Assembly: GCA_963769935.1 (NCBI GenBank)
Contig: CAVYNY010000034.1
Span: 79,006-143,005 of the forward strand
Direction: 5' to 3'
Origin: an uncultured delta proteobacterium
GTDB taxonomy: Bacteria > Desulfobacterota > Desulfobacteria > Desulfobacterales > JAFDCJ01
Length of the DNA stretch: 64,000 nt
The number at the start of each line of letters is the position of its first letter. The first letter of the stretch is position 1. This document shows, in pieces, positions 8,416 to 20,719 of the stretch. Position numbers and translations under genes: made by a program. Under the pieces are notes generated by a model that made no database searches, was not told the DNA's origin, and worked only from the letters and a program-made list of their open reading frames with translations.

Positions 8416-10509
8416 TCAAATCGGTATGGAAATATCAATAGCCGTTCCTTTTCCCGGTTCGGAATGAATTTGAAAATTGCCTTTGCAAATTTCGACGCGT
8501 TCGCGCATGCTGTGAATCCCAAAGCTCATGAGTGACTGCGCACCCGACATCACTTTCTCCGGTTCAAATCCGCAACCGTCATCTGCAACATGCAGCCAAA
8601 TTCCGCCTTTATGATTTGTCAGATTCACATGCACTGCCTTGGCGGCGCTGTGTTTGCCGACATTGTTCAAGGCCTCCTGAACGACACGGTAAAGCACCGT
8701 CTGAATGGCGTCGGGAATGTCTTCGTCCGCAATGTCAATTTGAGAAACGACCTCGATCTCCGGGTAAAATTGTTCGAAGTGCTGAATGTGTTCGGCAAGC
8801 GCCGCTTTAAGTCCAAAATCGTCCAGGGTCAGCGTGCGCAGTTGCCGTGAAATATTTCTGGTCTCCTTGATGGCCTGTCCCAAGTATGTAACGATTTTGT
8901 CTAGGGGCATTAAATCCGCGGGCAAGCTCCCGGCCGCAGAGCACGACCTGGCTTCCAGCTGCATTTTGATGGCGGCCAGCGTGCCCGCAATGCTGTCATG
9001 GAGTTCCTTTGAGAGAGACTTGCGGTCGGTTTCCATGGCCTCTATTGTTTTCCGGGAGAGCTGCCTGATAATCGCATTCAGTTCTTCGAGCTTTTGGTAC
9101 TGGCTTTCAATTTCAACTGTGCGGTCCTTTACCCGCTGTTCAAGCTCGCGGTTGATTTTTCGCACTTCATCTTCAGCAGCTTTGCGTGCCTCAAACAGCT
9201 GGGCATTTGCCAATGCTGCGCCCGCGATGCTCGCCATCTGGCCGGCGAAATTTACCTCGGTTACTGTGAACCCATGCAGTGCGCTGTGGTAGTTGAAAAA
9301 TATGACACCAAGCGCTTCATCACGAGCAATTAATGGGGTTACCAGCACAGATCGGATTTTATGGCGGTGCAGGTGCTCCCTGTTGAAGCGATCTTCATTG
9401 AACGCGCCGGCCACCGCCACCGGCTGCCGTGATTCCAAAGCCAGAACGGCATGTTTTTTCTGGTCGTCCCCCATCCTTGTCCCGACAAGAACAGAGGGCA
9501 TGGCATGCACATGGCTGACAATCCAGTTGCCGCCCTGGCGCAGGTAGACAGATGCGGAATCGCAGCTCAGCAAAGCCGAGCCCTCCTCCACAATCCGCTG
9601 CATGATCTTGCTGAATTCGAGCGTTGAGTGCAACACCTCATGAATGCGGTTGAGCGCCTCGCTGGTTTCCATGCTCTTTTTCAGATTTCTAAACAGCAGG
9701 TCATACGGCCGGGTAAAACCGGTTTCTATTATTGCCATATAAATAAGATAAAAAGAAATAATCTTTAAAAAATGGCCGATTAAATTGGGCAACCCAAATA
9801 CGCTGTCATAAAGTGTAAACGACAATTCTGAACCAACTTTTATAATGATGGATGCAATAAGAAGTGTGAAAACATTGGAAGCAAACTCTTTTCTTTTGTT
9901 ATACAAAAGAACGATCGAAGTTAATAGAGTAAATGAGATGATATACTCGCTAGTCTTTTTAAATGAGGTTAATCCCCGGCCCTCGACGAAGCAGTCAGGA
10001 AAGATTCTCCATGCAAAAATCGTCAAAAATAAAAAGAAAGTTGCTGCAGAGAAGGCGGCAAATACGGGGGCTGTTTTGATTTCTCGATTAAGTAAAAACG
10101 GAGCAATTATAAGTGAAATGCCTTCCATGTACCTCGCAACGACCCATAGCTGAGTGGGCAGATTGGATCGGGATATACTAAATATTCCCATTCCATGGTA
10201 TGCGAGGGTATGAGCTAAATCTATGCCGGCGATGAAAAGATAAGCTATTCCCAGAAAGAGCAGGTAGTTGTTATCCAGGTATCTGCGCGCATTCCACGCA
10301 ACCATGAAGATCCCACAGGCAACAACAATGCTGAAGATTTCTGCAAGGCTGTGAAATAAAAGGTAGCTATATAGTTTGGAAAGATATAATCCGCAAAAAA
10401 TTAATGCTGTGGATATCAGGATTATCCATTTATCAATGGGCGAAGATCCTGTTCTTTTTGAGCCCCAATGTTCCATTTTTCCATCATTCCATGAATTATC
10501 TTCCGGCAA
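8416..10509 (-). CDS. Membrane sensor histidine kinase: MASE3 + GAF + HisKA_3 + HATPase (start uncertain)
   Basis: YLLFHSLAEIFSIVVA...DLAHTLAY (MASE3); ELHDSIAG H-box; QEALNNVGKHS, DDGCGF, GKGT. Confidence 0.88.
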   Translation of the reverse strand: MPEDNSWNDGKMEHWGSKRTGSSPIDKWIILISTALIFCGLYLSKLYSYLLFHSLAEIFSIVVACGIFMVAWNARRYLDNNYLLFLGIAYLFIAGIDLAHTLAYHGMGIFSISRSNLPTQLWVVARYMEGISLIIAPFLLNREIKTAPVFAAFSAATFFLFLTIFAWRIFPDCFVEGRGLTSFKKTSEYIISFTLLTSIVLLYNKRKEFASNVFTLLIASIIIKVGSELSFTLYDSVFGLPNLIGHFLKIISFYLIYMAIIETGFTRPYDLLFRNLKKSMETSEALNRIHEVLHSTLEFSKIMQRIVEEGSALLSCDSASVYLRQGGNWIVSHVHAMPSVLVGTRMGDDQKKHAVLALESRQPVAVAGAFNEDRFNREHLHRHKIRSVLVTPLIARDEALGVIFFNYHSALHGFTVTEVNFAGQMASIAGAALANAQLFEARKAAEDEVRKINRELEQRVKDRTVEIESQYQKLEELNAIIRQLSRKTIEAMETDRKSLSKELHDSIAGTLAAIKMQLEARSCSAAGSLPADLMPLDKIVTYLGQAIKETRNISRQLRTLTLDDFGLKAALAEHIQHFEQFYPEIEVVSQIDIADEDIPDAIQTVLYRVVQEALNNVGKHSAAKAVHVNLTNHKGGIWLHVADDGCGFEPEKVMSGAQSLMSFGIHSMRERVEICKGNFQIHSEPGKGTAIDISIPI

Positions 10510-10562
10510 AGGCGCCCCTCTGGGGTGAATCCGCAGTCTGGCCCTCTGGGCCGGGATTTTCT
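10465..10562. repeat. Intergenic palindromic element with 8-mer repeat arm; related copy at about 29296-29325
   Basis: tctggccctctgggccgggattttct here versus cctggccttctgggccaggattcttt near 29296; adjacent ttccattt/ttccatca/ttccatga repeats. Confidence 0.6.
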
Positions 10563-10563
10563 G

Positions 10564-11307
10564 CTAAACCGGTATTTCGCAGACATCCGCCCCCCCTAAA
10601 TAAGCCGCCTGCATCATTTCATTGCACAGCAGGTTTTGGGCGGTGTCGGCCAGAACGATCGACCCGGTTTGCAGCACATAGCCGCGATCGGCAATGGAAA
10701 GGGCCATGTTGGCATTTTGTTCCACCATAAAGATGGTGGTGCCCTGCTGATTGATATTCCGGATAAGCTCAAATTGCTGATCGACCAGCAAGGGGGAAAG
10801 ACCCATGGAGGGTTCATCCATCAACAGAATGTCGGGGTTTGACAGCAGGGCCCGGCCCATGGCCAGCATCTGCTGCTCGCCGCCGCTCAGGGTCATGCCG
10901 GCCTGGTTGATTCTCTCCCTGAGCCGGGGGAAAAGCTCAAAAATTCTTTCGATATCCTTTTTCACCTGATCATTGTCCGTGCGCAGGTAAGCCCCGAGTT
11001 CCAGGTTTTCAAGCACGGTCATGCGGGGAAAAATCCGGCGGTTTTCGGGCACAATCGCAACTCCTCCGGCAATAATCCGTTTGGTGGGTTTATTGTCGAT
11101 CCGCTCGCCGTTTAATTTTACCTCCCCCTGTTTAACCTTGCACACACCTATGATCGTTTTCAGGGTGGTGGATTTGCCCGAAGCATTTCCACCCAGCAGG
11201 CACACCAGCTCTCCGGCATAAACCTTCAGATTGATTCCATACAAGACCTGAATGTTGCCGTAATAGGTATCTACATTTTTAAATTCTAGAATTGGGCTTT
11301 GATTCAT
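10564..11307 (-). CDS. livF: Branched-chain amino acid ABC transporter ATP-binding protein
   Basis: GGNASGKST, LSGGEQQMLAMGRAL, DEPSMGL, VEQNA. Confidence 0.92.
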   Translation of the reverse strand: MNQSPILEFKNVDTYYGNIQVLYGINLKVYAGELVCLLGGNASGKSTTLKTIIGVCKVKQGEVKLNGERIDNKPTKRIIAGGVAIVPENRRIFPRMTVLENLELGAYLRTDNDQVKKDIERIFELFPRLRERINQAGMTLSGGEQQMLAMGRALLSNPDILLMDEPSMGLSPLLVDQQFELIRNINQQGTTIFMVEQNANMALSIADRGYVLQTGSIVLADTAQNLLCNEMMQAAYLGGADVCEIPV

Positions 11308-11369
11308 TTATTACTCACCCGGTTGTCGCAGGCTAATTGTTGTTAATAGATGGTGATGAAATTAAAAAT

Positions 11370-11500
11370 TGTAAGTTGTCTGTTGTCAGTGGTCCGTTTT
11401 TGAAAAGGACTTAATTGCTTTTTTACAACATGCAACACGCAACATACAACTCACAACGCAATACAACACGCCACATACAACTTACAACACACAACCTGCA
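11370..11500. repeat. Heptamer tandem repeats (CAACANN-type) with a short inverted arm
   Basis: acaacat gcaacac gcaacat acaactc acaac... (11425-11500) opposite gtaagttgtctgttgtcagtgg (about 11370-11392). Confidence 0.7.
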
Positions 11501-11563
11501 AGCGGTATCGAACGGCTGCTCAATTCTGAGTCTCCACCTCGATGAATAGAAACCTCGATTTCG

Positions 11564-13468
<1,905 letters not shown>

Positions 13469-13496
13469 GCTTCTTGATCAAAGCTATTTTTAAAGT

Positions 13497-13745
13497 GGGA
13501 CACGGATTTACACAGCGCGGCAGAGCCGCAACCAAATTTTTGTGGGCGATTATGACCGTTTTTGCCCATGCTGAAACTTTATTACAACCTGTTTGAATTA
13601 TTAGAATTTCAGCCCTTTCGGCTTATTTTGCTTAATAAAATTTAAAGAATTTTCATATTAGTAGTACAGATCTTCACAGATATATTAAAAAAAACGCAAA
13701 TTCATTTTTATGCAACAGACAACTCACCACTGACAACGATAACTG
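13497..13745. repeat. Repeat-containing spacer between livH and the livM-G fusion (possible miniature element)
   Basis: cacggatttacac...gcgcggcagagccgc...tacagatcttcacaga followed by caacagacaactcaccactgacaac heptamers; a 300-bp gap inside an operon. Confidence 0.4.
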
Positions 13746-13766
13746 AGCTTTCAAGCTGAATTATCG

Positions 13767-14699
13767 CTACACTTTCTCCGTCATCTTCTCACCCACCAGT
13801 CCCCACGGCCTGAAGATCAGAACTGCAATCAGAATTGCAAATGAAACCACGTCCTTGTAAGCTGAAGGGAAAAAAGTGACGGCCAACGATTCGGTCAGCC
13901 CCAGCAAAATACCGCCCAGCATCGCACCGTAAATGCTGCCGATGCCTCCCAGAACCGCAGCGGTAAAACCTTTCAATCCGGCCTGGAAGCCCACATAGTA
14001 GTCAACCTGAGTGAACAGCAAACCGACCAGGGTGCCGGCTGCTCCCCCCAGTGCGGAGCCGATCAAGAAGACAACCACCACCATGCGGTCCACATCGATG
14101 CCCATAAATGACGCCGCTTCGATGTCCTGAGCAGTGGCGCGCATGGCTTTGCCGACCTTGGTTTTTTTAATCATGATGGTCAACAGCCCCATGAGTAGAA
14201 ACGTAATCCCGATAACCAGAATTCGCATGAAGGAGAAAACAGTCGGGCCGATTTGAATCACCCGCAGGCTTTGCGGTATCAATGAGGCAATGTGAAATGA
14301 ACGGACTTTGGCTCCCTGATAGGTCAGCACAAGATTTTGCAAAAAGATGGAAACGCCCAGGGCACTGAGCAGCAAATTCATGCGCGGCGCATTGCGCAGC
14401 GGCCGATACGCGAAACGCTCCGCTAATACACCCACCAGACCCGAGACGGCCATGGCCGCGATGATCATGAGCGCGATAACCGCAACCGCGTTTGCCAGCA
14501 AGTCGTTGCCGCGGGTTAAAAGATGCAATACCCACCAACCGGTAAAGCCGCCGATCATATAAACTTCACCGTGGGCGAAATTGAGCATGCCCAGAATGCC
14601 GTATACCATGGTATAGCCGATGGCAATCAAGGCATAGACACCGCCCAGCGTCAGGCCGTTGACGAGTTGTTGGGGTAACTGTTGGAGGTATAGATCCAA
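13767..14699 (-). CDS. livH: Branched-chain amino acid ABC transporter permease
   Basis: QLVNGLTLGGVYALIAIGYTMVYG..NFAHG; KGFTAAVLGGIG. Confidence 0.92.
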   Translation of the reverse strand: MDLYLQQLPQQLVNGLTLGGVYALIAIGYTMVYGILGMLNFAHGEVYMIGGFTGWWVLHLLTRGNDLLANAVAVIALMIIAAMAVSGLVGVLAERFAYRPLRNAPRMNLLLSALGVSIFLQNLVLTYQGAKVRSFHIASLIPQSLRVIQIGPTVFSFMRILVIGITFLLMGLLTIMIKKTKVGKAMRATAQDIEAASFMGIDVDRMVVVVFLIGSALGGAAGTLVGLLFTQVDYYVGFQAGLKGFTAAVLGGIGSIYGAMLGGILLGLTESLAVTFFPSAYKDVVSFAILIAVLIFRPWGLVGEKMTEKV

Positions 14700-14741
14700 T
14701 TGTTTGCCTTAATTGATTGATAATTAGGCCACACAAGGATT

Positions 14742-14778
14742 AAAAAAAGGTCCTCACCAACCTATGGGAAAGGACCTT
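14742..14778 (-). terminator. Stem-loop with U-tract after the substrate-binding gene
   Basis: aaggtcct (14747-14754) pairs with aggacctt (14771-14778); A-run on + gives a U-run on -. Confidence 0.6.
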
Positions 14779-14792
14779 GTTTGCAGATTGTC

Positions 14793-15950
14793 TTATTTTC
14801 CAGTCATGACCGCAACCTGTTTGAAGTCGTCGCCGCTGACCTGAAAGAAATAGGTCGCGCCGCCTTCCAGATCGCCCTTGCTGTCAAAAGTAACCGGAAA
14901 GCCTAATATGCCGTTATAGTTTTTGGTTTCGTGCAAATACTTCACGACCTCCTGGCGGGTGATATCTCCGTCCGCGGCAGCCTTGTCGACGGCGGTCAGC
15001 AAGATGTTCATCGCCTCGTAGGCGGGGGGGCCAAAGCCGCTGATGCTGCCGTATTTGGCCTCGAATGTTTTGACATAGTTCGCGGCTGCGGGAATGGCAT
15101 ACACATCCGGTGCAAAGTGATAGACGTAGGAACCTTCCGCCGCGCCTTCCGCGGCCTGAATGTAGTCTTTTTTGTCCCGTGCACCTTCCGAGCCGAAAAA
15201 GACGGCGTCGATTCCCAATTCTTTGGCCTGGCGAACGCCGATGGCATTATCCGGAGCGGTCGTGGCGATAAAGAAAATAACGTCCGGTTTAAAGGCTTTA
15301 ACCTTGGTCAACACCGCCGAATAGTCCTTGGCACCGCCCACAATGGTCTCTTGGGCGATATCTGTGATTCCCAGTTTTTTCAGACCCTTGATGGTTTCTT
15401 TCGCCAAATTTTCGCAGTAGGCGACTTTTTCATTTAAAATGGCGACCCGTTTGGCTTTGAGATATTTTTTAATAAACAGGGCACAGTTCCAGCCGTGGGC
15501 ATCATTGCGGGCGTTAACCCTGAAAAAGTTCTTGTAGCCCTGTTCCGTCAGGTCGGGTTTGGAAGCCGAAGTGGTAATCTGGGGCATGTCGGCAGAAGCG
15601 TAAACTTTCAATGTGGCCTGGGCAATGTGGCTCATGGGAGGTCCGATAACGCCGTACATCAGTTCATCGGCCACGAATTTATGGGCCACGTTGATTCCCT
15701 GGGCCGGATCCATGGCATCATCCCCCATAATATGTTCGATCTTAACCCCCTGGATGCCGCCTTTGGCATTCCATTCGTTAACGGCTATCTGAGCGGAGTT
15801 GAAAATTTCCATGCAGGGCGCCGCCGCATCCCCTGTAAAAGCACCGGCATCGCCGATATGAATACCCTCTTTAACATCTGCGCTGTATCCCACTCCGGCA
15901 AAGACGAACGCCATAAATACTGCTGATATGACTGAAAATGATTTTTTCAT
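14793..15950 (-). CDS. LivK/LivJ-family periplasmic substrate-binding protein
   Basis: Signal peptide MKKSFSVISAVFMAFVFAG; ggaggg RBS; NAKGGIQG, LTEQGYKNFFRV, DYSAVLTKVK, TFDSKGD. Confidence 0.9.
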   Translation of the reverse strand: MKKSFSVISAVFMAFVFAGVGYSADVKEGIHIGDAGAFTGDAAAPCMEIFNSAQIAVNEWNAKGGIQGVKIEHIMGDDAMDPAQGINVAHKFVADELMYGVIGPPMSHIAQATLKVYASADMPQITTSASKPDLTEQGYKNFFRVNARNDAHGWNCALFIKKYLKAKRVAILNEKVAYCENLAKETIKGLKKLGITDIAQETIVGGAKDYSAVLTKVKAFKPDVIFFIATTAPDNAIGVRQAKELGIDAVFFGSEGARDKKDYIQAAEGAAEGSYVYHFAPDVYAIPAAANYVKTFEAKYGSISGFGPPAYEAMNILLTAVDKAAADGDITRQEVVKYLHETKNYNGILGFPVTFDSKGDLEGGATYFFQVSGDDFKQVAVMTGK

Positions 15951-15975
15951 ACTACCCTCCTTTTGGGGTCCAATG

Positions 15976-16893
15976 TTAAGCGCTTGAAATAATTTTCTGA
16001 AACTCTGCCAGAGAAATGTTGCCGCCGCTGATGATTGCAGCAGATGGGCTTGACGGATTTTCGCCAAGCATTGCCGCCAGCGGCGCCGCACCTCCCGGTT
16101 CTGTAATTACGCGGAATTCATCATAAAGAATCTTCATGGCTCGGACGATATCTGTTTCCGAGACGGTTGCCACTTTTGCCAGGTTCTGATACAAGTAGGC
16201 AAAGACTTCCGGATCCGGTTCCATGAGCGTGAGGGCATCGGCGATAGTTTCCATTGATTCCAGCCGCACCGGCCGGCCTTTTTCAAAACTCCGGCAAAAG
16301 GCTGCCGCCTTTTCAGCTTCTACGCCGATGGGGTCAACTGAGAGGCCGTGCTCCCGGATGTAGCGGCAGATGCCCGAGGCCAAGCCACCCCCGCCGATTG
16401 GGATGAAAATTTGTTTGACTTTCGGGTTCTCCTCCAGGACTTCCCGGGCGATGGTCGCGTTGCCTTCGAGAAATGACCGGGTTTTATGGGGATGAACAAA
16501 TAAAATGCCCCGATCCTTTGCCAGCTTAAATGCGTGCTCCAGGGCGTCGTCTCCCACTTTCCCCTTTAAAATAACCTCAGCCCCGATTCGCTTGGTGGCC
16601 TCAAGTTTTGTGGTCGAAACCGTCTCCGGCATGACGACCGCCACGGGATATTTGAAAAGCCTGCCGGCATATGCCAGGCCGGTGGCCGTGTTACCCATGG
16701 AAGCGGTGATCACCCCCTGTTTGTTGCCCTCAGCTTCCAAGGCCAAAAGCGTTGCAAGCGAACCTCGAATTTTAAAGGAACCACCCACCTGGCAGCATTC
16801 GAGCTTGCAGAAAAGGTTCTCGCTTTCTGCCAGGGTAAGTAAAGGGGTTCGGCGCACGTGCCGCTTAAAAACGGGATTGTCCGAAAGCCTCAT
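15976..16893 (-). CDS. PLP-dependent threonine/serine dehydratase family protein (no ACT domain)
   Basis: KLECCQVGGSFKIRG (PLP lysine), ASMGNTA, PIGGGGLASG, EPGGA, IISGGN; RBS ggaggag before ATG 16893. Confidence 0.88.
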   Translation of the reverse strand: MRLSDNPVFKRHVRRTPLLTLAESENLFCKLECCQVGGSFKIRGSLATLLALEAEGNKQGVITASMGNTATGLAYAGRLFKYPVAVVMPETVSTTKLEATKRIGAEVILKGKVGDDALEHAFKLAKDRGILFVHPHKTRSFLEGNATIAREVLEENPKVKQIFIPIGGGGLASGICRYIREHGLSVDPIGVEAEKAAAFCRSFEKGRPVRLESMETIADALTLMEPDPEVFAYLYQNLAKVATVSETDIVRAMKILYDEFRVITEPGGAAPLAAMLGENPSSPSAAIISGGNISLAEFQKIISSA

Positions 16894-16907
16894 GCTGCTC
16901 CTCCGCG

Positions 16908-17876
16908 CTATTGCCATACGCCGTCTTCACGATGGATCTCATCCAGGAGGGTCTTTAGCCGGATCTGTTTCTTGAGCCTTGCGCGGTCGTCCTGGGCCAC
17001 CTGCTCGTGACTTTCGTAATTAAAGACGCCTTTCAGAGTCCTGGTTCCAAAAGAACCCTCTTTAAATTTTTTTTCGACGAATTCGGGGCACTCGAGATCC
17101 GGACGATTTAACTCCCGGGATACCGACCGGCCGGCGTGATAAAGAATTTCCAGTCCTCCCACATCAATGAACTCCAGAATTCCCATAACCGGAAAACGGT
17201 AGCCCCAGCCAAATTTAATCGCCTTATCGATATCTTCCGCTGAAGCCACACCTTCCTCCATCAACCGAACGGCTTCATTCATGACACCCAACTGCAATCT
17301 TGAGATAACAAAACCCGGGCTGGATTTGCAGATAATGGGCATATGGCCTACAGTTCTTAAAAAAGTCAAAAGCTTATCCACCAGTCCCGGTCGGACTGCC
17401 GGATGCGGTACGACTTCCAGAAAAGGGAGCAGATAGGGCGGGTTCATGAAGTGGGTGACGATGATGCTCAGGGGGGGATCGAGGGCTCCGGACAACTCTT
17501 CGACCGTAAAGGTAGATGTCATGGAGCAGATCAGGGTTTCAGGTCCGACGGATTCGCTCAGTTTAGCAAAAGCAGCATGCTTTAGCGGGATTTCCTCGGG
17601 GAGACCTTCGAAGATTACATCATAAATCCCGGCCGACGGCTTGTCCAAATAGGCGGGAAATTGGAAGGATTCAATATTCCCATTCAATAATTTGATGACT
17701 TTTTCGCATTCCTGTCTCAGCCCGTTTTCATATTGTCTCCGCTGACTTGTGGGACGGGCCTTCAAATCGATCATGTCAACTTCAAGCCCTTTCAGAGCGA
17801 AATCATTGGCCAGTCCTATGGACATCCGGCCCATACCCAGGATGCCGATCTTTTTGAACAATATTTCGGGGGTCAT
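16908..17876 (-). CDS. 3-hydroxyacyl-CoA dehydrogenase family protein
   Basis: ILGMGRMS, IFEGLPEEIPLK, THFMNPPYLLPFLEV, PGFVISRLQ, EDIDKAIKFG. Confidence 0.85.
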   Translation of the reverse strand: MTPEILFKKIGILGMGRMSIGLANDFALKGLEVDMIDLKARPTSQRRQYENGLRQECEKVIKLLNGNIESFQFPAYLDKPSAGIYDVIFEGLPEEIPLKHAAFAKLSESVGPETLICSMTSTFTVEELSGALDPPLSIIVTHFMNPPYLLPFLEVVPHPAVRPGLVDKLLTFLRTVGHMPIICKSSPGFVISRLQLGVMNEAVRLMEEGVASAEDIDKAIKFGWGYRFPVMGILEFIDVGGLEILYHAGRSVSRELNRPDLECPEFVEKKFKEGSFGTRTLKGVFNYESHEQVAQDDRARLKKQIRLKTLLDEIHREDGVWQ

Positions 17877-18094
17877 GTCTCCCTCCCTTCCCGGAAATAA
17901 AAGAAGCGGCGTTTACCTCGAACCACCGCCGGAACACCATTTGGTTATAGACGCTGCTCGAAGCAGTGTCAAGCGGCAGTTCTTGCACAATTAAACCAGA
18001 CTTATATGCCGGGCTCGGATTCTTTTCTTCAAATTCTGATTCAAATGTTGTATAAAGGGATTCCACTATTGATTGAATAAAGGATAATCAACCC

Positions 18095-18373
18095 ATGTAC
18101 AAACTAAAAGTCACTGCGGAAAGAATCGACGGATATTGCAACCAGCCCATACTGGTGGGAGACAGTTTTGTGCTGGACGGCGGTAAGATAACGATTCCAG
18201 AGGGCAAGCACATCTGCATGTGGGCCCTGCAGAGCATGATGCCAATTTTTCCCTTGCTGCAGCGGGTGAAGCCTGAAGAAGGGGACTGGACCGGCAAGGC
18301 CGGCCAGGTTTTCGTCTGCCCGGATCCCAAAGGCAAAGTCCATTACCGCATCGAAAGGATCGAGGAATCATGA
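18095..18373 (+). CDS. Small Cys-containing protein (TIGR04076-like)
   Basis: KVTAERIDGYC...GDSF...ICMWAL...CPDP...YRIERI pattern. Confidence 0.75.
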   Translation: MYKLKVTAERIDGYCNQPILVGDSFVLDGGKITIPEGKHICMWALQSMMPIFPLLQRVKPEEGDWTGKAGQVFVCPDPKGKVHYRIERIEES

Positions 18374-18891
18374 TTACCCTGGATTTATCCAAGTGCTCCG
18401 GCTGCAGCCGCTGCGAGGTGCACTGCTCGTTTTTTCATTCCGGCAAAATCGGACGCAGCGGGGCGCGCATCAAAGTCGTTAAAATTGAAGATATCGGGAT
18501 TGATTATCCGGTGGTCTGTCAGCAATGCCGGGAGCGCTATTGCACCAAGTGTCCTGAAAAAGCCATTGAAGTCGGAACCCTGGGGCAGGTGATCGTCTCT
18601 CCGACTCTGTGTACGGCCTGCGGCACCTGCGAGATAATGTGTCCGATCGGTGCCATTGAACTGTTTGAGGAGATTCCGCACGTTTGTGATCTTTGCGGCG
18701 GCGATCCGCGCTGTGTCAAGGCCTGTACGCTGGATGCCGTCCAGTATGAGCCGGAAATCAGCGGCGTCTTCAGTTTAAAGGAATTTAAAAAGGGGAGCCG
18801 GGGGCTTGGACCTGAGGAAAAGCGGCTGCGCTATGCGCTGAGCCGTGCCGAATCGCTGCGACAAAAATGGATTTCAGAAAGGAGAGGATAA
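18370..18891 (+). CDS. 4Fe-4S ferredoxin-like electron-transfer subunit
   Basis: CSGCSRCEVHC, CQQC...CTKCP, CTACGTCEIMCP, CDLCGGDPRCVKAC. Confidence 0.92.
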   Translation: MITLDLSKCSGCSRCEVHCSFFHSGKIGRSGARIKVVKIEDIGIDYPVVCQQCRERYCTKCPEKAIEVGTLGQVIVSPTLCTACGTCEIMCPIGAIELFEEIPHVCDLCGGDPRCVKACTLDAVQYEPEISGVFSLKEFKKGSRGLGPEEKRLRYALSRAESLRQKWISERRG

Positions 18892-20703
18892 ATGCTGCAC
18901 GGTTACGGCGGACACATTCTGCGGGTGGATTTGACCTCCGGACGGATTCAGCGGGAAAAAACAGATCCCGCTTATATGCTCGATGTCATCGGCGGCCGCG
19001 GATTGAATTCAACCCGCCTGTATGAAGAATTGAAGCGGGATGTCGACCCCCTTTCCCCGGAAAACATGCTGCTGATCGGTGTCGGTCCCCTGACCGGCAC
19101 GCTGATGGCGGCCTCCGCCTTTATGACCATTTCCGGCAAGTCGCCGATGACGGGCATTCTGGGCGATTCGGCGGCCGGCGGCCACTTTGGGGCTGAAATC
19201 AAACAGGCCGGCTACGACCAGATTGTGATGACCGGCCGCAGCGCCGCACCCTGCTATCTTTTGATTGCCGATGGGCAAGTTGAAATTCGGGATGCCTCCC
19301 AACTGTGGGGCCGGGATATCTGGCAGACGACTTCCGCCATCCGCCGCGAGCTCAATGACAACGCCGTTCAGGTCGCCGCTATCGGCCCGGCTGGTGAAAA
19401 CCTGGTCAAATATGCGACGGTGGCCTGCAATAATTCCCGTATGTGCGGCCGCACCGGCATGGGGTGTTTATTCGGTGCCAAGCAATTGAAAGCTGTGGCC
19501 GTGCGGGGCCGGCGACGTCTGACCCTGGCGGACCCGCCGGGTTTTCTCGAACTTTGCCGCGAACTGGATCAGCGCATCATGATCCATCCGGAATATGAAA
19601 AACGCAAGGCCTTGGGATCCACACTGCTGATGAAAGCCTTGAACGGTATCGGGATTTTACCCACCAACCATTTCCAGCAGGGCCTGTGCGCGTACGTGGA
19701 CCGGGTCAGCGGCGAAGTTCTGGCCGCTAAATACAAGGTCAAAAACAAAGCCTGCTACAACTGCAATCTGCATTGCTCACGCTATTACCTCACCGACGAG
19801 GTCGAGGCCGAAGGCCCGGAGTTTGAAACCCTTTGCAGCTACACCTCCCGCATCGGAAACGACGACTTGAAATTCGGTCTCAGGATGAACGCCTTTTTGA
19901 ATCGCATGGGGATGGATTCCCTCAGCTCCGGCGAGACCATCGGCTGGGCTATGGAGTGCGTTCAAAGGGGGTTGCTTGGCAAAGATGACTTCGATGGCCT
20001 CGATTTCACCTGGGGCAACCGTGAGACCGTTGAAAAGCTGCTGAATATGATCATCCACCGCGAGGGCATCGGTGACGCCTTTGCGGAAGGCACCCGCAGC
20101 CTGGCCCGGCGCTTCGGCCGGGGCTCCGAGGAGTATGCCTTTCATGTCAAGGGACTGGACATGATTTGCGGCGATCCACGCGGCATCAAAGCCTTCGGGT
20201 TAACTTACGCCATTGCTTCGCGGGGCGGCGATCACCTGCGGGCCGAACCTTTTTTTGAACTGACCGAACGCTATGATGAAGCTGAAAAACGCTGGGGCAT
20301 CCGCGAGATAGCCGATCGGTTGGCCGACAAGGGTAAGGCTGTTTTGGTGGAGCACACCGAGCGCCAGGCCCTGCTCACCGACTGCCTGACCATATGCAAG
20401 AACATCGGCTTGAGCATGGATGTTATGGATTTTGATTTTGCCTCACGGTTGTTGACCGCCGGTACCGGCCTGAAATTTACGCCTCAAAAAGTCGATGAAA
20501 CCTTGAAAGGTGTGATCGACCGGGACCGCAAAATGAATATCGATTTCGGTGTGGAGGCCGACCAGGATACCCTGCCCAAGCGCTTTACCAGCGAACCGTT
20601 AAAGGAAGGCGCCTCCAAGGGACAGGTGGTGCCGGTTAAGCGCATGGTCAAAGAGTACTACAAGATTAAGGGCTGGAGTGAGAAGGGGGTGCCCAAAGAT
20701 TGA
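18892..20703 (+). CDS. aor: Aldehyde:ferredoxin oxidoreductase family (W/Mo-pterin)
   Basis: GYGGHILRVDL, IGGRG, KSPMTG, IGPAGEN, GRTGMG, EGPEFET, GMD, HVKGL, DPR, RGGDH, DTLPKRF. Confidence 0.93.
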   Translation: MLHGYGGHILRVDLTSGRIQREKTDPAYMLDVIGGRGLNSTRLYEELKRDVDPLSPENMLLIGVGPLTGTLMAASAFMTISGKSPMTGILGDSAAGGHFGAEIKQAGYDQIVMTGRSAAPCYLLIADGQVEIRDASQLWGRDIWQTTSAIRRELNDNAVQVAAIGPAGENLVKYATVACNNSRMCGRTGMGCLFGAKQLKAVAVRGRRRLTLADPPGFLELCRELDQRIMIHPEYEKRKALGSTLLMKALNGIGILPTNHFQQGLCAYVDRVSGEVLAAKYKVKNKACYNCNLHCSRYYLTDEVEAEGPEFETLCSYTSRIGNDDLKFGLRMNAFLNRMGMDSLSSGETIGWAMECVQRGLLGKDDFDGLDFTWGNRETVEKLLNMIIHREGIGDAFAEGTRSLARRFGRGSEEYAFHVKGLDMICGDPRGIKAFGLTYAIASRGGDHLRAEPFFELTERYDEAEKRWGIREIADRLADKGKAVLVEHTERQALLTDCLTICKNIGLSMDVMDFDFASRLLTAGTGLKFTPQKVDETLKGVIDRDRKMNIDFGVEADQDTLPKRFTSEPLKEGASKGQVVPVKRMVKEYYKIKGWSEKGVPKD

Positions 20704-20719
20704 GCGCGGGCGCTTAATG

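Noticed and set aside
17803..18066. 87-aa minus-strand ORF as a regulator or leader
   Set aside because: Spans the divergent promoter region and overlaps the next gene out of frame; no motif.
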